Of a DNA stretch of 58,789 nucleotides, positions 1-8,800 are shown piece by piece. The DNA comes from Candidatus Peribacteria bacterium (GTDB taxonomy: Bacteria > Patescibacteriota > Gracilibacteria > Peribacterales > Peribacteraceae), in the NCBI GenBank assembly GCA_943354555.1, contig CALRCM010000003.1, positions 1 through 58,789 of the forward strand, read 5' to 3'. The notes beneath the pieces were generated by a model. That model was not told where the DNA came from. It saw nothing but the letters and a program-made list of their open reading frames with translations, and made no database searches. Position numbers and translations under genes: made by a program. Position 1 is the first letter of the stretch. Each line of letters starts with the position of its first letter.

Positions 1-91
1 GTTCACCGGCAATGTCGTGATGGGAATATTCCTTCTTTAGAAGGATGCTGATCTCCAGCCTTTCGGCAGAGGTGAAGTGATGATGGGCCAT
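1..91 (-). mobile_element. IS30-family transposase, N-terminal fragment (runs off window edge)
   Basis: Reverse strand from ATG at 91 reads MAHHHFTSAERLEISILLKKEYSHHDIAGE, resembling the N-terminal HTH of IS30 transposases. The element end probably lies near 117-147 but is not resolved. Confidence 0.7.
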
Positions 92-345
92 AGGGAGTGA
101 GGGTAGAACCTCACCCCAAGTGATGCATTTCAAAGGTCAGCGGCGGTTCGCTCGTTTACAGGATTGGCAGTTTCTTGATGCAGGCGAGGTATGTACACCC
201 GTACATAGCTCGCCTGCATCATTGTCTGGTGCAGCACTCGAGTGCCAAGGTCCTCTGCAGATGGACCGAGGCGGTACCGCCTGTGCGCATCATCGCGTCA
301 GGCTTTTGATTCCGTGTCTTTGACCCAAAGCTTAGGAGAGCTCAG

Positions 346-843
346 ATGTCCATGTACGTTGGAGAAGCCTTGTGCGGCGAAGGGAACGAAGTCGCACACA
401 TCGATCTGTTGATCGGTGACAAAGAAGGCCCCGTTGGGGTCGCGTTCGCGAATGCGTTGAGTCGGCAAAGTGCCGGCCACAGCAATCTCTTGGCTGTGCT
501 AACGGCGAACCTCGCCGTCAAGCCATCCACGGTCTTGATCACTAAGGTCACGATCAAGGGAGCGAAGCAAGCAGTGCAAATGTTCGGCCCGGCGCAGTAC
601 GCCGTCGCTAAGGCTGTCGCCGACAGCGTCGAAAAAGGCGTGATCCCCAAGGACCAAGCCGAGAAGCTCGTCATCGTGTGTGGAGTCTTCATTCATTGGC
701 AGGCAGCCGATGACAAGAAGATCTACGCTTACAACTACGAAGCGACGATGCTGGCCATCGCTCGTGCGATGAAAGACGAGCCCTCGGTTGACGAGATGCT
801 CGCCCAAAAAGACACGGCCAAGCACCCGTTCTTCGCCGGCTAG
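346..843 (+). CDS. fae: Formaldehyde-activating enzyme (H4MPT-linked)
   Basis: Full-length Fae motifs GEALxGxGNEVAHIDLLIG, QAVQMFGPAQxAVAKAVAD, VFIHW, YNYEAT, HPF; SD AGGAG upstream. Confidence 0.93.
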   Translation: MSMYVGEALCGEGNEVAHIDLLIGDKEGPVGVAFANALSRQSAGHSNLLAVLTANLAVKPSTVLITKVTIKGAKQAVQMFGPAQYAVAKAVADSVEKGVIPKDQAEKLVIVCGVFIHWQAADDKKIYAYNYEATMLAIARAMKDEPSVDEMLAQKDTAKHPFFAG

Positions 844-869
844 TCTGCCGCAATCCTGCTACAACGAGT

Positions 870-900
870 GAAAGGCCGGCGCACAGTGCGCCGGTCTTTC
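870..900 (+). terminator. Hairpin/terminator after fae
   Basis: GAAAGGCCGGCGCAC-A-GTGCGCCGGTCTTTC inverted repeat. Confidence 0.65.
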
Positions 901-942
901 CTATGCTTTTGCATATCCAGAAATGGGGATTACCATTGAGCT

Positions 943-1365
943 ATGCACGTCCCGCATCTCAGAAAAAAATTGAAGACCCTCAGCGTGATCATCCTGCTGA
1001 TGCTCGGTGTGGGAATCTTTTCTGGGATCAAGAGGCAATCATCCGATGAACCTCACATCGAGTACTTCGATGTAGACAGTGCAACCTTCGTGTCGCAAAC
1101 AAAATACATCAAGCGCATGGAGGTCTGGATGGTGCCCACAAACGCAAAGCAGGAGAGTGACTGGAAAACCATCGGAATCATGCAGAGGTCTTCGCACTGG
1201 TTTCGTTCCGCTACGTGGATATTGCCGATCCCCGAAAAGCCCGTCGCTGCGACGCAAATCATGGTGCGCGGGTACGATGAAGCGGGCATAGAAGCGGACA
1301 GGGTTTCGCTGCCGTGGATTGGGGAGAAGACATTGAAGAAGAAGATATGGAAAATTGAGAATTGA
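943..1365 (+). CDS. Hypothetical protein with N-terminal membrane anchor
   Basis: Basic N-terminus plus hydrophobic helix (LSVIILLMLGVGIF); TACCAT 6 nt before ATG. Confidence 0.7.
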   Translation: MHVPHLRKKLKTLSVIILLMLGVGIFSGIKRQSSDEPHIEYFDVDSATFVSQTKYIKRMEVWMVPTNAKQESDWKTIGIMQRSSHWFRSATWILPIPEKPVAATQIMVRGYDEAGIEADRVSLPWIGEKTLKKKIWKIEN

Positions 1366-1386
1366 GAATGGAGAATGGAGAATTGG
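1347..1386 (+). repeat. Heptamer tandem array (ATTGAGA/ATGGAGA), left arm
   Basis: atggaaa attgaga attgaga atggaga atggaga attgg; inverted relative to 1798-1834. Confidence 0.9.
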
Positions 1387-1436
1387 GTGTACGATTGTAC
1401 ACTTGTATTTCTGGATACAGCATAGATATTTGATCT

Positions 1437-1799
1437 ATGCAGAAGCCAAATGTCATACGTGATAAATCCTTCCGCTTTGCGGTTCTCGCAGTAAAACTTG
1501 CGCAAGGGATTGTAGACCAGCAGCGTGAGTACGTTCTGAGCAAACAATTCATAGCATCTGCCACAAGTATTGGTGCAAATGTTGAAGAAGGACTGCAGGG
1601 ACAAAGTCGAAAAGACTTTATTTCCAAGATGTCGATTGCACTCAAAGAGGCTTATGAAACTCGTTACTGGCTTCGCTTAATGTTCGAAACAAATCTAGGT
1701 AACCGACAACGCGTCATTGAACTTGGACACGATGTATCGGAGCTAATTTTAATCCTTGCAAGCATTGTCAAAACTTCGAGAACAGGAAAACGAAAATAA
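1437..1799 (+). CDS. Four helix bundle protein (23S rRNA IVP / bAvd-like family)
   Basis: KSFRFA...EYVLSKQFIASATSIGANVEEG...SRKDFISKMSIALKEAYETRYWL signature. Confidence 0.92.
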   Translation: MQKPNVIRDKSFRFAVLAVKLAQGIVDQQREYVLSKQFIASATSIGANVEEGLQGQSRKDFISKMSIALKEAYETRYWLRLMFETNLGNRQRVIELGHDVSELILILASIVKTSRTGKRK

Positions 1800-1834
1800 T
1801 TCTCCATTCTCAATTCTCCATTCTCAATTCCTCC
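1798..1834 (-). repeat. Heptamer tandem array, right arm (inverted copy)
   Basis: aattctcc attctca attctcc attctca attc is the reverse complement of the left-arm units. Confidence 0.9.
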
Positions 1835-3396
1835 AGCGCCCTCTTCGCATCCTCCTCAAGAGGACTTGAAGCAACAGCTCTCTCATACGCCTGCATCGCC
1901 AACTCTCTCTTCCCCTGCGCGCGCAATATCTGCCCCACGTTGTACCACGTCGTCGCATCATCGCGAATCTGCAGGGCTTTACTGTATGCCTGCAATCCCT
2001 CATGTAATCTTCCTCTGCGTACTTCCTCTGTGCCGATGTTACTCCATGCAACGTACGCTCTCGGTTGCGCCTCACTCACATGCGTGAATAGTGTCAGCGT
2101 ATTTTTCCAGACAAGAGATTGTTTATAGGAAAGGACTGAGAAGACGAAGAGGACGAAAAAGACGGTGCTACTGGTAAGAACTGGGAGCTTACGGAACACA
2201 TAAAAGATCAGAAATACAACGACGATCAATAGTCCTATAGAAGGGAGATACGCATACCGGTCCGTCGTTATGTAGATATCGAGCAACTCATTATGCCCCT
2301 TCGTAATATTGGAAAACGATGGAGCGAGGAGCAGCAGGAACCATCCCCACGCGAAGAGCGGCAAACGTACTCCCCTCCTTGCTGCACACGAGAGAACAAC
2401 AACAGAGACGAAGAGGGCGAAAAGGACGGAAAGGAAAAGCTCTGGAGTGAAGAGAGAAACGGGCTTAGTAAATGGATACAGCGCGGAAAGGCCCGAAGGC
2501 CAGAAGAATTTTTGCAGCAGCAGAGTGATCGCGCGGCAACCCATCAGAAATTTTTCGTAGAGGAAGCCCGTATTCGCGATTTTCCCGCCAAGCGCGATGA
2601 TGCCGAAGATCAGAGAAAGAATAGCAAACGGCAGAGCGCGCTTAACGCTATCAGCCGCAGGCGTCCCCACCTTAGGCACAGGCGCTATATACCAATCCAT
2701 AAGCACCATCAGCACCGGCCATGTGATGACAGAAACCTTGGAGAGAAGTGCAAGGAGAAACATCAATACACTCAACCAATACATACCATTCCAAATCTGT
2801 GTCACGCTGAGTAGCGCCGCCGGCCCTGGTTCGATACGTCCTTCGCCAAGCTCAGGACTACTCACCATGACACTGCGGCGCGTATCGAAGCGCGATCGCA
2901 AATAACAGAGCACCGTCAGCAAAAAGAAAAATGCACTCAGCACATCCTTTCGCGCAGCGGCCCAGACGACGGCTTCGGTATGGAGGGGGTGGACGGCGAA
3001 AAGCAATCCGGCGATTATTGAAAATTGAAAATTGAAAATTGAAAATAATTTTCCATTTTCAATTTTCAATTTTCCATTCGGCAATCTGCCAATAATCATT
3101 GCAACCAAAACCGCATTGGATATGTGTAGCAGTAGGTTGCCGAGGTGGTACCCAAACGGCTGCAGCCCCCCGATCATGTAGTTGATCTGATAACTAAGGA
3201 ACGTCAGTGGGATATACAGCTCCGGATCGTACGACGTAAAGGCAAGCCATAGATTGTGAAATGACAGACCTCTGATGATCGGGTTTTCTGTAATAAGCAG
3301 TCCGTCATCCCATGTGACAAAGCCATTGCCTAGTGATTGTCCGTATACAATAAAAGTCAGAACAATAATGCCAAGAATAAGATTAGGGCGAACCAT
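1810..3396 (-). CDS. TMTC-like multi-pass membrane glycosyltransferase with C-terminal TPR
   Basis: N-terminal TM then F-x-x-WDD, YxPLT, HP-x-x-x-E-A-V-x-W, LLSK, DRYAYLP, then TPRs. Start placed at MVRPNL (3396; TAGAGT 7 nt upstream) rather than 3591. Paralog at 42560. Confidence 0.8.
   Translation of the reverse strand: MVRPNLILGIIVLTFIVYGQSLGNGFVTWDDGLLITENPIIRGLSFHNLWLAFTSYDPELYIPLTFLSYQINYMIGGLQPFGYHLGNLLLHISNAVLVAMIIGRLPNGKLKIENGKLFSIFNFQFSIIAGLLFAVHPLHTEAVVWAAARKDVLSAFFFLLTVLCYLRSRFDTRRSVMVSSPELGEGRIEPGPAALLSVTQIWNGMYWLSVLMFLLALLSKVSVITWPVLMVLMDWYIAPVPKVGTPAADSVKRALPFAILSLIFGIIALGGKIANTGFLYEKFLMGCRAITLLLQKFFWPSGLSALYPFTKPVSLFTPELFLSVLFALFVSVVVLSCAARRGVRLPLFAWGWFLLLLAPSFSNITKGHNELLDIYITTDRYAYLPSIGLLIVVVFLIFYVFRKLPVLTSSTVFFVLFVFSVLSYKQSLVWKNTLTLFTHVSEAQPRAYVAWSNIGTEEVRRGRLHEGLQAYSKALQIRDDATTWYNVGQILRAQGKRELAMQAYERAVASSPLEEDAKRALEELRMEN
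2800..2895. repeat. Nested REP-like palindromic element inserted in frame
   Basis: Outer GTCACGCTGAGTAG-CGCCGC...GCGGCG-CGTATCGAAGCG encloses an inverted TGTCATGGTGAGTAG-TCCTGAGCTTGGCGAAGGA-CGTATCGAACCA. Confidence 0.8.
3017..3079. repeat. Inverted heptamer array (ATTGAAA x4 / TTTTCAA-TTTTCCA x4) inside CDS
   Basis: Directly visible; encodes NGKLKIENGKLFSIFNFQFSI. Confidence 0.9.
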
Positions 3397-3414
3397 CTTC
3401 AATACTCTAACAGG

Positions 3415-3601
3415 TGGCGGGGCCCCGCGCGCTACGGGGGGTGAAGGGGAAGGCCCTGCTCTGCGCCGCAGCGCTGTCGAGATGGAAACGCCGAATCCTT
3501 GTAGGCGTTTCCAGCGAGACGCAGGGCCGAGCGGAGGAGAGTTGGCGCGCGGAGAGTTTTTCTTTCCCCCTTTCTTTTGTCTGGCTGACAAAAGAAAGGG
3601 G
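3415..3601. repeat. GC-rich structured intergenic element ending in a perfect hairpin
   Basis: CCGCGCGC...GCGCGCGG and GGAAACGCC...GGCGTTTCC stems, then CCCCTTTCTTTTGTC-TGGCT-GACAAAAGAAAGGGG (3567-3601). Confidence 0.5.
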
Positions 3602-3633
3602 ATATTGAAAGCATAGCCAAATATGCTTCACTC

Positions 3634-3661
3634 TTGACGATACAAATTAGCACTCTATAAT
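3634..3661 (+). promoter_or_regulatory. Sigma-70 promoter of groES-groEL
   Basis: TTGACG (3634-39), 16 nt spacer, TATAAT (3656-61). Confidence 0.8.
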
Positions 3662-3673
3662 TCCGACTGCTAA
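3647..3673 (+). promoter_or_regulatory. CIRCE element (HrcA operator)
   Basis: TTAGCACTC-N9-GACTGCTAA, one mismatch to consensus TTAGCACTC-N9-GAGTGCTAA, upstream of groES. Confidence 0.9.
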
Positions 3674-3740
3674 CGGAGCATTTTGTTCTCCGTTCCGGCC
3701 ATTTCTTCAGCACTTCTTTACCCTTTTCTCCTTAAGCTCT

Positions 3741-4073
3741 ATGGCAAAAGACGATGTCCAACTCGCGACGAACCTTCACCCGATCGGTGACCGCGTGGTT
3801 GTGAGACCACTCGAAAAAGAACAGGTCACTGCCTCCGGCATTGTGATTCCGGACACTGCAAACGGCGAAAAGCCACAGGAAGGTGTTGTCGTTGCTCTCG
3901 GTAAAGGAGGTGTGGGAAAAGACTGTAGTAACCCCACGGACTTCCTCAAAGTTGGCGATAAAGTCCTCTTCGGCAAGTACGCCGGTGACGACGTGAAGCT
4001 CAAGGACAAATCCGGAAAGGACGTTGAAGTGAAGATCCTTCACCTCGACTCCGTCCTCGCCATCGTAAAATAA
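3741..4073 (+). CDS. groES: Co-chaperonin GroES
   Basis: LHPIGDRVVV, TASGIVIPDTA-EKPQEGVVVALG, KVGDKVLFGKYAG. Confidence 0.97.
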   Translation: MAKDDVQLATNLHPIGDRVVVRPLEKEQVTASGIVIPDTANGEKPQEGVVVALGKGGVGKDCSNPTDFLKVGDKVLFGKYAGDDVKLKDKSGKDVEVKILHLDSVLAIVK

Positions 4074-4080
4074 TTTCGAA

Positions 4081-4125
4081 TCCTTTCTGCCTTTCCTGCC
4101 TTACTTTTCTACCTTTCTAACCTCT
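4081..4125 (+). repeat. Degenerate pyrimidine-rich ~9-mer array between groES and groEL
   Basis: cctttctg cctttcctg ccttacttt ttctacctt tctaacctc. Confidence 0.4.
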
Positions 4126-4132
4126 CGTCATT

Positions 4133-5767
4133 ATGGCCAAGCAACTCATCTTCGGAAATGAAGCCCGTCAGAAAATCTTCGCAGGAGTCTCTCAGCTCGC
4201 AGCAGCAGTGCGCGCAACGATGGGCCCCAAGGGCCGCAACGTCGTCATCGAAAAGAAATACGGTGGACCGACCGTCACGAAAGATGGTGTCACCGTCGCT
4301 AAGGAAATCGAGCTCGAAAACCCGTGGGAGAACATGGGCGCTCAGCTCGTGAAGGAAGCAGCAACCAAAACCAATGATGCCGCTGGTGACGGAACGACAA
4401 CGGCTACCGTCCTCGCACATGCCATCATGGAGGAGGGCCTCAAGCACTTGAGTGCAGGCTCCAATGCTATCTCCATCAAGCGCGGTATCGACAAAGCGGT
4501 GAAGGCCGTCAGCGATCATCTGGAGAAGATCAAAAAGAATGTTTCCAAGAAAGAAGAGTACGCAGCGGTTGCAACGATCTCCGCACAAGATGAAGAGATC
4601 GGCGAAGTGATCTCGGAAGTCTTTGCCAAGTTCGGAAGCGGCGGAGTATTTACCGTGGAGGCCGGCCAGACACTCGGCATCGAAAAGGAATTTGTCGAAG
4701 GAATGCAGTTCGATCAGGGATTTATCTCTCCGTACTTCGTCACGGATACTGCGAAGATGGAAGCGTCATTTGAAAACCCATACATCCTTATTACGGATAA
4801 GAAAATCAGCTCCATTCAGGAGATTCTTCCCGTACTCGAGGCACTCGCCCAGCGCGGACGGAAAGAGCTTGTGATCATCGCGGAAAGCGTCGATGGCGAA
4901 GCGCTGGCAACACTGGTCGTGAATAAACTCCGCGGTACATTCACCACCCTTGCCATCAAGGCTCCTGCCTTCGGTGACCGCCGCAAAGAGATCCTCAAAG
5001 ATATCGCGATCCTTACAGGAGGCCGCGTGATCTCTGAGGAAGTCGGTTTGAAGCTCGAAAATGCGACCATCGATGATCTCGGAAAGTCCCGCCGCGTCAT
5101 CGCAGACAAAGACAATTGCACGGTGATCGGCGGAGCCGGAAAGAAGAAGGACATCGAGGACCGCGTAAACGAGATCAAAGTCCAGATCGAAAACACGAAA
5201 AGTGACTTCGATAAAGACAAACTCATGGAACGCCTCGCGAAGCTCTCCGGAGGTGTCGCCGTCATCAAAGTCGGTGCCGCTACGGAAGTGGAGCAGAAGG
5301 AGAAGCAGCACCGTGTGGAAGATGCGCTTGCAGCGACCCGCGCGGCCTCCGAAGAAGGCATCGTCGCCGGAGGAGGCACAGCCTACATACGGTCACTGCC
5401 AATGCTTGAAAAGCTTCACAAGGATACGAAGGACAAAGACGAGAAGCTTGGCATCGAGATCATCATGAATGCGCTCATCGCCCCCACCCACCACATCGCC
5501 CAAAACGGTGGTGTAAGCGGTGAAGTCGTCGTCACCAAGGTCAAAGACCTTACGGGAGACAACGGCTACAACGCGCTCACGGACAAGTACGAGGACCTCG
5601 TCAAAGGCATGGTCATCGACCCGAAGAAAGTCACGCGCTGCGCTCTCGAAAACGCCGCGTCAGTCGCTTCCATGTTCCTCACGCTTGAAGTCGGCATTAC
5701 GGATATCCCGAAGCCCGAACCTGCAATGCCCCAGATGCCAGGAGGCGGAATGGGCGGTGATTTCTAA
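4133..5767 (+). CDS. groEL: Chaperonin GroEL
   Basis: [34 protein letters not shown]-type tail. Confidence 0.99.
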   Translation: MAKQLIFGNEARQKIFAGVSQLAAAVRATMGPKGRNVVIEKKYGGPTVTKDGVTVAKEIELENPWENMGAQLVKEAATKTNDAAGDGTTTATVLAHAIMEEGLKHLSAGSNAISIKRGIDKAVKAVSDHLEKIKKNVSKKEEYAAVATISAQDEEIGEVISEVFAKFGSGGVFTVEAGQTLGIEKEFVEGMQFDQGFISPYFVTDTAKMEASFENPYILITDKKISSIQEILPVLEALAQRGRKELVIIAESVDGEALATLVVNKLRGTFTTLAIKAPAFGDRRKEILKDIAILTGGRVISEEVGLKLENATIDDLGKSRRVIADKDNCTVIGGAGKKKDIEDRVNEIKVQIENTKSDFDKDKLMERLAKLSGGVAVIKVGAATEVEQKEKQHRVEDALAATRAASEEGIVAGGGTAYIRSLPMLEKLHKDTKDKDEKLGIEIIMNALIAPTHHIAQNGGVSGEVVVTKVKDLTGDNGYNALTDKYEDLVKGMVIDPKKVTRCALENAASVASMFLTLEVGITDIPKPEPAMPQMPGGGMGGDF

Positions 5768-5785
5768 GCCAAAAATGATCATAGG

Positions 5786-5813
5786 AAACAGGGGCAAAAT
5801 GCCCCTGTTTTTT
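5786..5813 (+). terminator. Intrinsic terminator of groESL
   Basis: AAACAGGGGCA-AAA-TGCCCCTGTTT followed by a T run. Confidence 0.85.
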
Positions 5814-5862
5814 GTTAGGTTTAATTGATTATAGTGAAACAAAATAGTATTTTGTCACGCTT

Positions 5863-8800
5863 ATGCCTCGGGATTTACTCAGCTACAGATGGCAGGAAGA
5901 ATATGTATCCCATCCTCCAGAAGGAGAAAGATACGATGTCTGGCATTATCGGAGTCTTATACAACAAGCATGCAATCTGCCAAACAAGCCTCCTCACGAT
6001 TTGACTCCGGAAATTGCAGATGAGATCCGCTTTGTCCGCAATGACATTGCCATTGCACTACCAGAGAATTTCTCACGTCGTGATGCGTTCTCTCTTTTTC
6101 TGACACACGAAAATCCGATGGGAACGTACTACATGCTCGATGACTTGGGAGATATCGCCTATGATCAAGAAAAAGAATTAGCGGCGATCCAATCGAGTTC
6201 ATACTTGCCCGGATATTGGGACCTTGAACCCAAGGAATTGATGGACTCTTACCACCGGTCACTTGACCCTCAAAAGAAAAAACGCGAGGGATCCGTCGAC
6301 TTCCCGACAAATGACAGGGTGAGCATCCGCCTCGGTATCCGCCGAACGCAGAAGCCTGCACCTAAGCAGGTTGTCGAAGGACTCTTTTATGAGCAATTTT
6401 TTTCCGATGAATGGAATTGGGAGTACGGAGCGCCGCAGCTCTTTGCCGCAATTGAAAAAAATCTCGAGAGCAGAACAGTGACAGACGACCCGTTTGAATG
6501 GGTACAGGAACGGATTTCCATCGCTGCAGGGTACTCCATTCTCGGAGGCGGAAAAGAATGCTCACCCCCCTTCCTTGCGCAGGCCTACGAGCGCATGGCA
6601 TCAACGGTATGCAATGGCATACCAGTGGGACATGAGGAGTTTAGAGAATATGAGATCGGTGAAGAGGAGCAAAATCTTCTGATTGAATTGTATGGTCGCT
6701 ATGCATCTTCACTATCACCCGAGATGGTTGAATTCGTTATGGCGCACGCCGTCGTCCTTACACCACAAATCCTGCGTGAGAGCGAGCACATCAAAAAATT
6801 TCTGACACACCTTCCCGAAATGCTTAGTAACGGTCTGAACATCGACAGGGTATTCGAGTATGCTATAGAACCCACAAAAGAAAGTGGGACCGGATTACAG
6901 CGACTGGAATCAGCCCTTCGCATGACCATGAGCATTTACCGCGGGGAAAAACCATGGTGGTTCAAAGAAGATTTCAGCATGAGCGAATGGCTACAGGAAG
7001 ACGACGGCCATGAAACAAACGGACGCCTGCGCCTGCACAATAACCAACTTGGCCGAGCAACGCTTGAGCGCATCGCTCAGAGGGCAGGTTTTGCTTTTAC
7101 CCACGTCCTGGAGCCCTACCACGCCGTAGGGTACCGCATGGGATCCCTACCACCGTTCACGGAAGAGGATGCGATTGATTTCACCGCATTTGTCACAGAA
7201 CACTATGGTATCGGCAACCGCAGGCGTTCCATCGAAGTGATTCGAAATTGCCTCTATATCCTGGAACAGGAAGCACTCCCACTCCGTCATGAGCGCCTCA
7301 AAAACCTGCGTGAGCACCTCGATGAAGTGAAGCCGCAGACACACACGATTGGCCGACTGGAAGCGCGCGATCCGGTCTTCGAAATGCCGGGCGTCCATGT
7401 GCTTACGGCGACGATGCTGCGGAGAAGCCTTGCGGAAAGCATGGAAGTCCATGATCTACGCATCGGTTTTGACATACTCGAGGCGATCGACGAGAAATTT
7501 CAGGAACCTCTTGAGGTTCGGGCACGGACGTACGCTCCGGCACTTCCATCTCATCTTGCTAACATGCAACGAAGAGGGCTTCTCATCAACCAGTCTCCGG
7601 AAGCGCGACTGGCGCTGCCGATTCCCGAAGGCCATCTCCTTGCAAATGTTGAACGCAGGAATCCGTCACTTGGGATTTTTGATTTTTACGCGCAACTCAA
7701 ACAGGAGTGTGGACAAGTCAACCGTGACGTCGCAAAAATCTATTTCCAGCATTGTGCTGCGCGGATGCCCGACCCCTGGCACCCTCCAAAAGGTTTTTTA
7801 CGCTTCCTTGAGCTTTTCGATTTCATCAACACGCCGGGATGGCGCTTCACCGCAATGGAGCATCCCCGGGACCGGCCCAAGGTCTCCGAACAAAATCAGC
7901 GCCGCGAAGTAGCAAAGCAGATGCTCGTCTCCAACATGCTGGATGCCTGGATCATGGGGCTTCTCACCAGTGAAGAACTGGAAGCGCTCTGCAGATGGAT
8001 AACAGCGGAACTAACCGACGAAGAACGCATCGAAATCGAGAAGGATGTGCTGTGGAGCCAAAACGATGATTTGGCGAAGCTCAATCTCCCTTTACCTCCA
8101 CCGGTGGCTGAGGATGAACCGGAGGACATAGAATTATTGACACACGGCAGGATCTCATCCTATATGCGCAGACAGCTTCGCCGTCCGCTTCCTCCAAAGC
8201 CCGTGCCTACGGAGGAGGAACGCGAACAAGAGGCGATGGAGCGGTTGGAAATGAATGTGCGGTCAGAGTGCCAACAGCGTGAGCAAAGGATCCGGTCACA
8301 GAGAATGGTGGCACTCCAGGAAACGTTCACCATGCTCAGCGTGCTCAACAGCATGGCAATTGCAGGATCCTTCAGCATCGCCGAATTGCGCTCTGTGCTC
8401 CGTGAAACTGTGCTCCCTGCCGCCATCAGAGGCGCAGACCAGGGCACGGGAGAAGTACACGCCATACAGCAAGGGGCAATGCTAACAAACCTCGTTCGAA
8501 TGCAGGAACTTGGGGGCATCGATCACCAGGGGTTCCGGTCAGCAATCGAAGGAAGCGCAAGCCCGGAGGAAGCACGGAAAACAGCTTACGACTTCATCCA
8601 ACAAGTGCTTCTGCGTTGCATGGAGGAATCCCTCAACGAAGCCCTGCCAAATGCCATCAATACAGTGACAAGTGTGATGAAAGCACATGCCGGCAAGCCG
8701 GATACAGCGGAAGGAGCACTTGCACGCGCGGTAGGCCAGGCCCGCAAAGATTTGGAAACAGAGCTGCGACGCATTTGGAATGATGCACCATTTGCCGCAC

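Noticed and set aside
1437-1799. Diversity-generating retroelement or rRNA intervening sequence (Avd/IVP-like gene)
   Set aside because: No reverse transcriptase, TR/VR pair or rRNA sequence seen in the window.
3397-3591. N-terminal extension of the TMTC-like ORF
   Set aside because: It is read-through of a structured intergenic element; the paralog aligns only from about MVRPNL.
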